Source: Candidatus Kaiserbacteria bacterium
Lineage (GTDB): Bacteria > Patescibacteriota > Minisyncoccia > Phycocordibacterales > JABAAK01
DNA: 64,000 nt
Direction of reading: 5' to 3'
Assembly (NCBI GenBank): GCA_026713605.1
Contig: JAPOOC010000008.1
Span: forward strand, 16,889 to 80,888
How positions within the stretch are numbered: the stretch's first letter is position 1; every line of letters begins with the position of its first letter. The notes under the pieces were generated by a model. It worked only from the letters and a program-made list of their open reading frames with translations. It was not told the DNA's origin and made no database searches. Positions 30,733 through 40,216 of this stretch are shown here, piece by piece. The position numbers and the translations under genes are program-made.

Positions 30733-30815
30733 TATTTACAGTATACACGGTAAAACTATGTCATCTCCCAAAAGACCTCTGCATCAACATTTGAATTTTT
30801 TGTAATTCTTGATAA

Positions 30816-31958
30816 TTACTCTAATAAGGTTTGTGGAATTTCAACCAAAGGTTTCATGCCCAACTTTTTTGCGAAGAATTGGTCTGTGCAATAGAAAAAT
30901 GCGTTGAGGATGTTTTCGCATTCATATCTATCTTGCAGTGCTTGCTCCACCTTATCCTCTATTTCCATAGTGCCTTTGGGCAGAGAAAGGGCATTCTCCG
31001 CTTTTTTGATGTGTCTGGCAATACTCTTTTTATCAAGACGGGTTTTGTGTTGTACCGTTCTCAAAGATTTGGCGAGCTGTCCGATAATATATTTGCTGAA
31101 TTGCAAATTTTTAACTGCATGGTCTGTTTGGGAGTGAGTTTTATCTATAAGATTAGGAATTAAGTTACCAGGGAGGGCGAGGTAGAGAAGTGGGATGTTT
31201 GCTATGGACTCCATGGGTACGTATATTCCCTTTTCTTCGTCGAATGCAACTCCATAGAACTCACTGGGTCCCTCTTCGTTGTGCTGTATGATTTCTCTGA
31301 GTTTCTTTTCTTCTATTTCAACCTCCCCTCTTTTTGTTTTGCTTGTTTTAGTTGTTACATCAACACCGCAAAGCGGGAAGTCACCGTCTATTGAAAAATC
31401 AATGCCGTGGTAGACGTCGTCGTATGGTGCGGCTATTCGAACGACCATGTCCTGTGGTATGAATTGGAGTAGATGGTTGTAAACATCTTTTTCTTTGGTG
31501 GAAAACCGGTACTTTTTGTAGAATTCTTTGATATTATCTATTTCATCAAGAAAGTATTCAGTTGTTTTTAGCAGGTTAATCGGGATAATTTTTTCAAGAT
31601 ATTCAGAGTTTTTCCAGTATTCCGTTTTTCCTTCTTTCTGTTTTACCATATTAGCGTACTGTCGATGTTTTTCGATGGTGTCGGTTCCGTATCGTTCGGT
31701 GTACCGGTCCATATCAGTTGCCCCGTCTTCAAGAGATGACAGGATGCCATACTTTTTTAGTGTTTTGCTATACTGAAGTATCGCATGCATTACCTGTTGT
31801 TCTCGTTTGCGTTTTTTCTCCACCCTATACTCCTCTTGTTCTGTGAGAAATTTTTCTTGCTTCCTGGGTGCAGGGGGGGGTATGGGTGGTGGGTATCGCC
31901 CTGGCACTGGTTCTATTCCTCGGTTCATGTTCGGCATAGTATTCACAGTGTACCTCAT
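30816..31958 (-). CDS. hypothetical protein, paralog B (Pro-rich N-terminus)
   Basis: 380 aa. Paralogous to 29440-30732. N-terminal PPPIPPPAP. Confidence 0.55.
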   Translation of the reverse strand: MRYTVNTMPNMNRGIEPVPGRYPPPIPPPAPRKQEKFLTEQEEYRVEKKRKREQQVMHAILQYSKTLKKYGILSSLEDGATDMDRYTERYGTDTIEKHRQYANMVKQKEGKTEYWKNSEYLEKIIPINLLKTTEYFLDEIDNIKEFYKKYRFSTKEKDVYNHLLQFIPQDMVVRIAAPYDDVYHGIDFSIDGDFPLCGVDVTTKTSKTKRGEVEIEEKKLREIIQHNEEGPSEFYGVAFDEEKGIYVPMESIANIPLLYLALPGNLIPNLIDKTHSQTDHAVKNLQFSKYIIGQLAKSLRTVQHKTRLDKKSIARHIKKAENALSLPKGTMEIEDKVEQALQDRYECENILNAFFYCTDQFFAKKLGMKPLVEIPQTLLE

Positions 31959-32002
31959 TTATTTGGGTACCGTGGTATGAGTGTGTAAGGCGTGATGTAT
32001 CC

Positions 32003-32224
32003 CTAATCTTTGCACATCTTCAGCAGTGTCAGAGAGGCCGCGAGAAGCACAAAGATAACATACGGGTCAATGTAGTTCCACAGTGCTGGATCGCCACCGA
32101 TTGGACCGTTCCAGTATTGATTCCACAATACCAATCCGGCACCGATGAGGGAGAGGACTGCGATAACAAGATGCAATGTTTTGTTCATAGTATTTTGTAA
32201 GGAGTGAGTAAAAATATAGTACAA
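32003..32224 (-). CDS. small membrane protein (hypothetical)
   Basis: 73 aa, two TM helices. Confidence 0.4.
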   Translation of the reverse strand: MYYIFTHSLQNTMNKTLHLVIAVLSLIGAGLVLWNQYWNGPIGGDPALWNYIDPYVIFVLLAASLTLLKMCKD

Positions 32225-32269
32225 CGGCTATATTTATACAAAGTATATCAGGAAAAAATACCGTGTTAG

Positions 32270-32343
32270 TGCTGACGGGTGGATTTGAACCACCGACCTT
32301 AGGTTTATGAGTCCTACGCTCTAACCGACTGAGCTACGCCAGC
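32270..32343 (-). tRNA. tRNA-Met/fMet (anticodon CAU)
   Basis: Reverse complement folds: acceptor gctggcg/cgtcagc, D-stem gctc/gagc, loop ctCATaa, T-loop ttcaaat. Confidence 0.7.
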
Positions 32344-32548
32344 GATAGTGGTATAGTACCACACACCGTTTCAAAAAAATAAGCAGGTATACTGCAGGCG
32401 TGTGGGATATATACATGGTATATATGTACGAGATGTGTGTCTGTTTATTTGTACGGGTACTCACTCCGCGGGTATATGCGCACGGTATATACCAGCTCAT
32501 TCGCTGCACAAACAAAAAACTTTGTTTTTTGATTTGTCTACTCATTCC

Positions 32549-32619
32549 GCGGGTATAGTTTAGTGGTATGACGCGGCCTTCCCAAGGCCGAAACGGGAGT
32601 TCGATTCTCCCTACCCGCA
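32549..32619 (+). tRNA. tRNA-Gly (anticodon CCC)
   Basis: Acceptor gcgggta/tacccgc, anticodon stem cggcc/ggccg, loop ttCCCaa, T-loop ttcgatt. Confidence 0.75.
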
Positions 32620-32755
32620 CTTACCGGGAGTCCTTGTTTTTCATGGGAAGGAATATTCCTATGCGCAGATTTCCCTTGCTGAGTTCTCATGCCCACTTGT
32701 TACTGCTTTTTTCTTGTGTAAGAGGGGTTTATTTTAACGGTATACTGAATAGTAT

Positions 32756-33727
32756 ATGGAAGAGGGTATTATGCAGAATGCAACAAGTAGTCCGCTGTCG
32801 GTGTTTTGGTTGTCGGTGGATAAAATTGATCCAAACCCATTTCAGCCGAGAAAAGAATTTGCGGATGATAAATTGCAGGATTTGGCGCAGTCAATTCGGC
32901 GGTATGGTGTGTTGCAGCCGTTGGTGGTGACAAAGAAAGAGGCGATTGCCGATACTGGTGATATGTCTGCGCGTTACGAGTTGATTGCGGGGGAGCGACG
33001 ACTGCGTGCGTCAAAAATTGCCGGATTGTCTGAAGTGCCGGCGGTTATCCGTGTTGATGTGACGGAGGATAATGTTCGACTTGAGCTGGCGATGATAGAG
33101 AACTTACAACGGGACGATTTGAATCCGATTGATCGTGCTCGTGCGTTCAAGCGACTGATTGAAGAATTTAGTATGACGCACACTGAGGTAGCGCAACGAA
33201 TGAGTCGTAGTAGGGAATACATTTCAAACAGTTTGCGTCTGTTGACGCTGCCAGAGGATATGATCCAGGCGGTAACTGATAGGAGGATATCAGAAGGGCA
33301 TACCCGACCGCTTTTGATGTTGGTTGAAACTCCTGATGACCAACGGGCACTGTTCGATGAGATTGTGCATCGCAAAATAACCGTGCGGGATTCAGAGCTC
33401 ATTGCGCGTCGCCAGGCGAAAAATCGTGCTCGGAAAATAGCCCATGATCCGTATGTGCAGCGGGCGCAGTCAGTATTAGAAGGTTTTCTGGAGACGCGTG
33501 TGCATATTCGCTCGCAAGGAGAAACCGGCGGCAAAATTGTTATTGACTATTTTTCTGGAGAGGATTTGGAGAGTATTGTTGGTAAATTGCAGCATGCGCC
33601 TGGGGCGGAGCAGATAGGTAGTGTTGCGGACACATCTGTAGCGGTATCTCTTGAAGATGGGGATATGGTTGGTGAGCCAGAAGATGTTGAGGACGAAATG
33701 TATAACTTTAAGAACTTTTCTTTATAG
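32756..33727 (+). CDS. parB: chromosome partitioning protein ParB/Spo0J
   Basis: ParB box (YELIAGERRLRASKIAG), N-terminal DPNPFQPRK, HTH region. Confidence 0.8.
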   Translation: MEEGIMQNATSSPLSVFWLSVDKIDPNPFQPRKEFADDKLQDLAQSIRRYGVLQPLVVTKKEAIADTGDMSARYELIAGERRLRASKIAGLSEVPAVIRVDVTEDNVRLELAMIENLQRDDLNPIDRARAFKRLIEEFSMTHTEVAQRMSRSREYISNSLRLLTLPEDMIQAVTDRRISEGHTRPLLMLVETPDDQRALFDEIVHRKITVRDSELIARRQAKNRARKIAHDPYVQRAQSVLEGFLETRVHIRSQGETGGKIVIDYFSGEDLESIVGKLQHAPGAEQIGSVADTSVAVSLEDGDMVGEPEDVEDEMYNFKNFSL

Positions 33728-35195
33728 CATTGCGGATGCGAGCGCGAGCTTCGGATGTTTTGACCCAGTCAAGCCATTTTTTATTCACGGTTGTTTTTTT
33801 GCCGGTTTTGATATTAACGATGTCACCGTTTTGTAGTTCGTGGCGGAGAGAAACATACTTACCATTGACAAAGGCACCTTCAGCATGCTTGCCGATGTCA
33901 CCGTGAATTGCAAACGCAAAATCAACCGGTGTCGCTTTTTGTGGCAGATCAACCACTTCGCCTTTTGGAGTGAAAATAAACATTCGCTCCTGCAGGAAGT
34001 CCGCTTGCATGGTGCCCATAAAATCTGGATCCTCAACTGTTTCTCGTTGCATTGCAGCAATGCGCTCTGCCCACGGCACCTGCTTTTCACCTTTTTTATT
34101 GGCGAGCAGTTTGTCGAACCACTCCAATTCTAAACTTACCGTTCCGTGCCGCTTACCTTTATACTCAAAATGCGCGGCAACACCGAACTGTGCGTGTTGG
34201 TACATGTCGTGTGTCAGTATCTGCACTTCAAGGATGTGCTTGTCTATGAGGATTCGGGTGTGGAGTGCTTGATACCCGTTTGGTTTCGGTAGTGAAATGT
34301 AATCCTTGAATGCGCCGGGAATGGATCGCCATTCTGCGTGTAGTATCCCCAGCACATTGTATGCGTCGGGTATGGTGTGTACCAGTATCCGTAGTGCCGT
34401 CAAATCTTGTATTTGCTCCAGCGCGTATTTTTTATGTCGCATTTTCATGGCGGTGCTGTACACACTCTTAATGCGGGAAGAGATGGTCGCGGTAGTAATG
34501 TCCATGGCAACAAGCACCTTTTTTACCTTCTTTTCTATGGCAGCCATTGAGATTGAGCCGATAGTGGTGTCGATCTCTTTCTTCAGGGTGGTGTAGGTAG
34601 TTGGATCGAGGTGTTTGAAGGCAAGTTCTTCCAGTTCTGTTTTAATCATTCCCATACCGAGTCGATCTGCTATCGGTGCATAGACCTGTTGGGTCTCTTT
34701 GGCGATGCGCTTTTGCTTGGTTTTCGGCACTGCCTCAAGGGTGCGCATATTGTGCAGTCGATCCATCAATTTGATAATAATAACCCGAATATCTTTTGAG
34801 GTTGCAACGAGGAGTTTCTGTAGTGATTTCACCCGTGCATCAAGCCCTTGGTACCGCACCTTACCAAGATGGCTGACTCCGTCCACGAAGAATGCTACTT
34901 TTTTACCGAACATTTTTTCCAACTCCTTTATGGTTGTGTCGGTGTCCTCAATGGTATCGTGCAACATGCCGGCGGTGATAACTTCCGCGGCCATACCAAT
35001 CTCCGCAAGCAGTCGACCGACTTCTAATGGGTGTGTGTAGTACGGTTCCCCCGAGTATCGTGTTTGTCCTTGATGTTTTTCTTGTGCAAATGTGCATGCC
35101 TGCTCAATCATTTTTCTTTCTCTGGCAGTACACTTCTGCTGCATAGCAGCGATAATGTCTTTTGCGGTGATATACTGTTTCTGTTTTTGGGGCAT
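33708..35195 (-). CDS. short bifunctional (p)ppGpp synthetase/hydrolase (RelA/SpoT homolog)
   Basis: HD hydrolase motif (HPLEVG...HDTIEDT), synthetase core (RLHNMRTL...DIRVIIIKL), C-terminal TGS-like segment. 495 aa, so lacks the long regulatory C-terminus. Confidence 0.8.
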   Translation of the reverse strand: MPQKQKQYITAKDIIAAMQQKCTARERKMIEQACTFAQEKHQGQTRYSGEPYYTHPLEVGRLLAEIGMAAEVITAGMLHDTIEDTDTTIKELEKMFGKKVAFFVDGVSHLGKVRYQGLDARVKSLQKLLVATSKDIRVIIIKLMDRLHNMRTLEAVPKTKQKRIAKETQQVYAPIADRLGMGMIKTELEELAFKHLDPTTYTTLKKEIDTTIGSISMAAIEKKVKKVLVAMDITTATISSRIKSVYSTAMKMRHKKYALEQIQDLTALRILVHTIPDAYNVLGILHAEWRSIPGAFKDYISLPKPNGYQALHTRILIDKHILEVQILTHDMYQHAQFGVAAHFEYKGKRHGTVSLELEWFDKLLANKKGEKQVPWAERIAAMQRETVEDPDFMGTMQADFLQERMFIFTPKGEVVDLPQKATPVDFAFAIHGDIGKHAEGAFVNGKYVSLRHELQNGDIVNIKTGKKTTVNKKWLDWVKTSEARARIRNAIKKSS

Positions 35196-35269
35196 ATGCT
35201 ATTACTATATATCGTATTTCTATAGCGGCGGTATGCATGGTAATTGGGTGCTACGAATTGTGTTGCCGA

Positions 35270-35536
35270 TTAAAAAACTTGCGACCTGTCGCCTTGCGGT
35301 GGTGCTTGTCGTCCCTGCTTTGGCTCAAATTCGTTTAGCTCAAGATAATATTTACCTTCTCGGGACTTTTTAATATCCACATTGATAAATCCGTTTTCCT
35401 TTTGTTTTTGTTGCTGAATCCATGCAACTGCTTTCTCAACCTGTATGCCTAATGACCCTACAACGAAATCAGGTGCATTTTCGTTTCTGCTAAAAAACAA
35501 TCCGTCCGCAAATTTTTTCTCACTGTTATTTTCCAT
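35270..35536 (-). CDS. hypothetical small protein
   Basis: 88-aa ORF, no recognised domain. Confidence 0.35.
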   Translation of the reverse strand: MENNSEKKFADGLFFSRNENAPDFVVGSLGIQVEKAVAWIQQQKQKENGFINVDIKKSREGKYYLELNEFEPKQGRQAPPQGDRSQVF

Positions 35537-35613
35537 ATAGCAACACTATACCACAAAGTTACCGTAGTGAGAGTTTTGTATACTGCTGATGCGGGTGATG
35601 ATGGTTTTTGGTG

Positions 35614-35684
35614 CGGACTGTAGCATAGTGGTAGTGTGCACGCATGGGGTGCGTGTGGTCCGGGTTCGATTCCCGGCAGTCCGA
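35614..35684 (+). tRNA. tRNA-Pro (anticodon GGG)
   Basis: Acceptor cggactg/cagtccg, anticodon stem cacgc/gcgtg, loop atGGGgt (G37), T-loop ttcgatt. Confidence 0.7.
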
Positions 35685-35697
35685 CTTGGGTGGGATG

Positions 35698-35770
35698 GGG
35701 CTGTTAGCTCAGCTGGTAGAGCGCTCGCATGGCATGCGAGAGGTCAGCGGTTCGATTCCGCTACAGTCCA
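35698..35770 (+). tRNA. tRNA-Ala (anticodon GGC)
   Basis: Acceptor gggctgt/acagtcc with the G3:U70 identity pair, loop atGGCat, T-loop ttcgatt. Confidence 0.8.
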
Positions 35771-35830
35771 CCGGATAGCAAACTGTACGAATCGGTATAT
35801 CGTTTGGGGGATGTCGTATAGTATAGGTAT

Positions 35831-36304
35831 ATGGAGGAAAAGGCGACTTTTGCAGCGGGGTGTTTTTGGGGGGTGGAGGATCGGTTTATGAAACTGCCCG
35901 GGGTACTGAAGACCCGGGTGGGGTACACTGGCGGTACGGTGAAAAAGCCAACCTACGAGATGGTGTGTGGTGGTGGCACTGGACATAAGGAGGCGGTTGA
36001 GGTGGTGTTTGATCCTGGGCAGCTATCTTATGAGAAGTTGCTACACGCATTCTGGGAAATGCACGATCCGACAACTGCCAATCGGCAGGGGCTTGATGTT
36101 GGCGAGCAGTATCACTCCGTTATTTTTTATCATACCGATGAGCAGAAAGATGCGGCGGAGAAATCAAAGCAGTCGTTGCAGGAATTGGGGGTGTACAAAT
36201 CACCAATTATGACAGATGTTGTACCGGCTGGGGAGTTTCATGAGGCAGAGGGGTATCATCAAAAGTATGTGCAGAAGCACGGGGCTGGGTCGTGTCCGGC
36301 GTAG
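35831..36304 (+). CDS. msrA: peptide methionine sulfoxide reductase MsrA
   Basis: GCFWGVE catalytic motif. Confidence 0.9.
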   Translation: MEEKATFAAGCFWGVEDRFMKLPGVLKTRVGYTGGTVKKPTYEMVCGGGTGHKEAVEVVFDPGQLSYEKLLHAFWEMHDPTTANRQGLDVGEQYHSVIFYHTDEQKDAAEKSKQSLQELGVYKSPIMTDVVPAGEFHEAEGYHQKYVQKHGAGSCPA

Positions 36305-39300
36305 TGTCTGGTGCCTGCTGTGTAGGTAGTGGTGTGGGGTTTTCTATTTGGTCTATGCGGAGTGTTGTTTCATTGTTGCGGAATGAGGTGCTGCCGCGAA
36401 TTTTGATAGGGCGATAGAGGGCAAGGAGGTCGTCAAATTCTTCTGCTTCTCTGGGGAAACAAGCGGCTTCTATTTTATTATTGTCGTCATCCTCAAGGGT
36501 GAGAAAGTACATTCGTTCACCAGATTTGTTCCTAAATGGTTTGAGCCCAGCAATAACAGCGGTGGTAAGTACTTTGCTGTTTTCTTCTTTGCGCAGGATG
36601 TCTCGCAGGTGCAACCCTTCTCGTTGGCACAAATCAAGTGGGTGTCCGGAGACATACACGCCGAGGAGTTCTTTTTCCCAGTAGAGCTCTTGTGCTTTGT
36701 TGACCGGTGACTTGGCAGGTTGCAATTCTAGTGAAACATTTGCTGTTGCATCAAAGAGGGCATGCTGCTGCTCGCCTGTTCGAGTGTCCTTCGTGCATTC
36801 CAAAAGTAATTCTATGTTCTCCAGTAGTACATCGCGTTTTTCAAACATGTCTAATACACCGGTTTTGATGAGTGCCTCCAAACTGCGCTTATTGATGACA
36901 TTGTATGGGCCGATGCGCGTGAAGAAATCTTCCAATGCTGTATACTTGCCGTTCTTTTCCCGTTCTGAGACGATCGCTTCTGCGGCAGCGGTACCGACCT
37001 GCTTAATGGTTTCTAGTCCGATGCGAATAGATTCTTTGTCATCTTTGCCTTTCTCGGTGCTGAATGAGACGCTGGAGCTATTGAGCTCCGGTGCCTGTAC
37101 CTCTAGTTCGATGCGTTTCGCCTCGTATACCAACTCTGCCACATTTTCTGTTTCCCCGGCGACGGCGGTGAGGTGTGCTGTCATATATTGTGCCGGATAG
37201 TGTGCTTTCATATATGCCGTTTGGTAGGCAACTTTTGCATAGCTCATTGCGTGTGCTTTGTTGAAGCCATATCCTTTGAATGGATCAAACAGATCCCATA
37301 TCTTGTTTGCTTGTGCGTCTGACAGTCCACTCCTCTTTTTTACACGCTCTTTAAATACCTTTTCTTGTTCTGCCATGAGTTCAGGGATTTTTTTGCCGAC
37401 CGCTTTTCTGAAGACATCAACTTCTTTCCAGTCGTATCCGGCAAGCTCAATAGCGGTGTATAGGAGGTCGTCTTGGTACACCAGCACGCCGTATGAATTT
37501 TTGAGATACGATTCCATCTTTGGGTGAATGTAGGAGATGGGCTTCTTGCCTTGCTTTCGGGCGATGTACTCATCTATGTTGCCCATTGGTCCTGGTCGAT
37601 AGAGTGCGACAATTGCGGCGATGTCGTACATAGAGGTTGGTTTCATCCGCTTTAGTACAGAAGTCATCCCGCTTCCGCCGAGTTGGAATACCCCGATGGT
37701 GTAGCCATCACCGATTAGTTTGTATGTCTTTTTATCGTCAAGCGGAATCTTTTCAACATCAATGGCAATACCTTTGTCTTGCTGTGTCAATTCTATAGCG
37801 CCGGCGAGAATGGCAAGGTTGGTGAGTCCGAGGATGTCAAACTTGAGCAGTCCTGCATCTTCTACGGCATGCATATCGTACTGTGTGATAGGGCGATCGG
37901 TTACTCCCTTTGGGTCGCGTTCAAGCGGGGTATAGGCGACTGCGGTGGTGGGGGAGATAACTACGCCGGCGGCGTGTACTGAGATGTGTCGGGCGTTTCC
38001 TTCTATTTTTTTTGCGACGCGGATGATGTGTTGCACGGTTTCATCGTTGTTGTGCAGGTCGCGCAATTCTTTTTCCGTCTCAAGAGCAGTGTCTATGTAC
38101 ATTGGTGCGCCCTGTGCTCCGGGTGGGATGAGTTTTGCAATACGGTCACCGGTCATGTATGAATAGCCGAGTGCGCGGGCAGTGTCACGAACTGCTGCCC
38201 GCGCCATCATCGTCCCTAGTGTGCCGATTTGCGCCACCTTCTCTTTGCCGAAGCAATTTAGGATGTAGTCAATAACCTCATTCCGGCGGTTGTCAGCGAT
38301 GTCCATATCAATATCTGGTGGGGATGGACGGAATGGATTGAGGAAGCGTTCAAATGGCAGCTGATATTCTAACGGGTTGACATTTGTAATGCCTGCTAAA
38401 TACGATACTAGTGATCCGGCAGCAGAACCTCGTGTCGTGGTGATGATGCCGTTGCTGTGCATGTGCTTGATGAGGTCAATCACTGAGAGGAAGTAGTCGG
38501 TGTACCCGCGTTCGGTAATTACGCCGAGTTCAAAATCAATTCGTTCTTCCGCTTCTGATGTTCTTTGTAATTCGCGACGATCGAAACCTTGTTCCACATG
38601 CTCACGGAGTATCTCTGCGTGGTCGCGGGTGTCATTACCGATTGGTGGGTTGGGGAAGACCCAGTTACCGAGCTCTAGTTCCCAGTTGATGCTTTGTATC
38701 AGATCGGAAAGTGTTTGGAGTGCTTCGGGGCAGACCGTTTTGCACCACGCTTCAATACTGTTGCGGTTAGGAAAAAGAAGGGGGTCTTCAAATACTTCTT
38801 CTTCGAGATTGGAGCGGGTGGTGCGTTGAATGCGGAGCAGGACATCTCGCGCCTCTTTATCACTTTCCTCCAGCAGGTAAATTAAGGGGGCAGGAATAAT
38901 GTTGACTTTATGTTCTCGGGCTAGTGCGACTAAGGTCTCTGTTGGTGCAGTAACAGCAGTGCCGTCTTTTGGTGTTGGGTTTTGTGGTGAGATGCCGATA
39001 CAAAGATTTTGTCCGAATATATTTTTATAGGTAGTAAGGTGTGTTGTTGCCGCTGCGGCATCTTGCTGTATGAGTGATTGTTGTACTGGATTGTTCAGGG
39101 CGGGGAGTAGGGCAATGATGCCGTCTTTGCGGTTGCTAATTTGTTCTAACGAGAGTGCAGGTGTTTTTCCTTCTTCGAAGTGTGCTTGCGTGATTAGCTC
39201 TAGTATGTTGTGGTACCCCTGCTTGTTTTGTGCGAGTAGCACGATGGGCGAGACCTGTTCTGCGTCGGCACTGCGGACACCCAGCGTGACTCCCAGAATC

Positions 39301-39479
39301 GGACGGATGTCCGCCTCTTGCGCTTTTTTATAGAATTCAATTGCGCCGTAAAGATTGTGGGTGTCAGTCAGTGCGATTGCGTCACACCCTGTTGCTTTTG
39401 CCCGCTCCAATAGTGCCGGTACTTTTGCCACTCCCCGCAACAACGAATAGTGACTATGCGTGTTGAGGTAGCCAAACAT
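36207..39479 (-). CDS. dnaE: DNA polymerase III alpha subunit
   Basis: PHP domain start MFGYLNTHSHYSLL, polymerase core, C-terminal Thr/Pro-rich tail. Start taken at the internal ATG. Overlaps the msrA 3' end by ~100 nt on the opposite strand. Confidence 0.85.
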   Translation of the reverse strand: MFGYLNTHSHYSLLRGVAKVPALLERAKATGCDAIALTDTHNLYGAIEFYKKAQEADIRPILGVTLGVRSADAEQVSPIVLLAQNKQGYHNILELITQAHFEEGKTPALSLEQISNRKDGIIALLPALNNPVQQSLIQQDAAAATTHLTTYKNIFGQNLCIGISPQNPTPKDGTAVTAPTETLVALAREHKVNIIPAPLIYLLEESDKEARDVLLRIQRTTRSNLEEEVFEDPLLFPNRNSIEAWCKTVCPEALQTLSDLIQSINWELELGNWVFPNPPIGNDTRDHAEILREHVEQGFDRRELQRTSEAEERIDFELGVITERGYTDYFLSVIDLIKHMHSNGIITTTRGSAAGSLVSYLAGITNVNPLEYQLPFERFLNPFRPSPPDIDMDIADNRRNEVIDYILNCFGKEKVAQIGTLGTMMARAAVRDTARALGYSYMTGDRIAKLIPPGAQGAPMYIDTALETEKELRDLHNNDETVQHIIRVAKKIEGNARHISVHAAGVVISPTTAVAYTPLERDPKGVTDRPITQYDMHAVEDAGLLKFDILGLTNLAILAGAIELTQQDKGIAIDVEKIPLDDKKTYKLIGDGYTIGVFQLGGSGMTSVLKRMKPTSMYDIAAIVALYRPGPMGNIDEYIARKQGKKPISYIHPKMESYLKNSYGVLVYQDDLLYTAIELAGYDWKEVDVFRKAVGKKIPELMAEQEKVFKERVKKRSGLSDAQANKIWDLFDPFKGYGFNKAHAMSYAKVAYQTAYMKAHYPAQYMTAHLTAVAGETENVAELVYEAKRIELEVQAPELNSSSVSFSTEKGKDDKESIRIGLETIKQVGTAAAEAIVSEREKNGKYTALEDFFTRIGPYNVINKRSLEALIKTGVLDMFEKRDVLLENIELLLECTKDTRTGEQQHALFDATANVSLELQPAKSPVNKAQELYWEKELLGVYVSGHPLDLCQREGLHLRDILRKEENSKVLTTAVIAGLKPFRNKSGERMYFLTLEDDDNNKIEAACFPREAEEFDDLLALYRPIKIRGSTSFRNNETTLRIDQIENPTPLPTQQAPDTTPDTTQPRASAHTFDDTPLPHETPQPVQHLS

Positions 39480-39622
39480 TACTGTATAGTGTAGCAGTTT
39501 TTTTGTTGGAAAGTATTTTTTCTTGCGTACAAAGTACTTGACCATTTACCCATAATGTTTTCTAAAAAAATGTTGATAAAAGTTGCATGCGGCGGTTTCG
39601 GCATGGTGTAGAATAGAAGTAT

Positions 39623-40216
39623 ATGAAAGGATGCGTTGGGATAGATGAGGTGGGGCGAGGACCGTTGGCTGGTCCGGTGACGGTGTGTGCGGTACAGTGG
39701 TTGGATGACGCGTTGCCGGAGAAAGTACTGTCTGGTATTCGTGACTCTAAAAAACTTTCGCAGAAGAAGCGGCAGGAGTGGTTGATCCGTGCGATAGGCA
39801 CTATGGAGCGAGATAGTTTTCACTGCACTGTGTTTTCAGTTTCTGCCGGAGAGATAGACGCATGCGGTATCATTCCTGCACTCCACACCGCCTCAACTGA
39901 AGCGCTTCTCAAATTGCAGGACCACACGCCGATACACCATGTGTATGCCGACTACGGTTTGCCGGTGCCAGAGGAGTATGATGCAACGCACATTATAAAG
40001 GGGGATGAAAAAAATCCTCTCATCTCGCTTGCCTCAATTATCGCGAAAGAATCTCGCGATGATGCGATGTGTAAACTCAGTGAACAGTTTCCTGTGTATG
40101 GCTTTGAACGACACAAGGGGTACGCTACTAAACATCACCGGGAGATGATCAAAGAGCATGGACCGAGTCCTATTCACCGACGCAGTTTTTTGAGAAATGT
40201 GCTCGGAACGGCATAG
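39623..40216 (+). CDS. rnhB: ribonuclease HII
   Basis: VGIDEVGRGPLAGPV catalytic N-terminus. Confidence 0.85.
   Translation: MKGCVGIDEVGRGPLAGPVTVCAVQWLDDALPEKVLSGIRDSKKLSQKKRQEWLIRAIGTMERDSFHCTVFSVSAGEIDACGIIPALHTASTEALLKLQDHTPIHHVYADYGLPVPEEYDATHIIKGDEKNPLISLASIIAKESRDDAMCKLSEQFPVYGFERHKGYATKHHREMIKEHGPSPIHRRSFLRNVLGTA

Noticed and set aside
29432-30805. Two plus-strand ORFs (148 and 303 aa) opposite the 430-aa minus-strand gene
   Set aside because: Low-complexity Ser/Cys/Phe-rich translations typical of antisense frames of an acidic gene. The minus-strand gene has paralog support.
33840-35373. Plus-strand ORFs of 62-113 aa opposite the Rel/SpoT gene
   Set aside because: Antisense frames with Cys/Ser-rich composition.
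36470-39333. Multiple plus-strand ORFs (61-167 aa) within dnaE
   Set aside because: Antisense to a strongly supported 1090-aa DNA polymerase III alpha gene.
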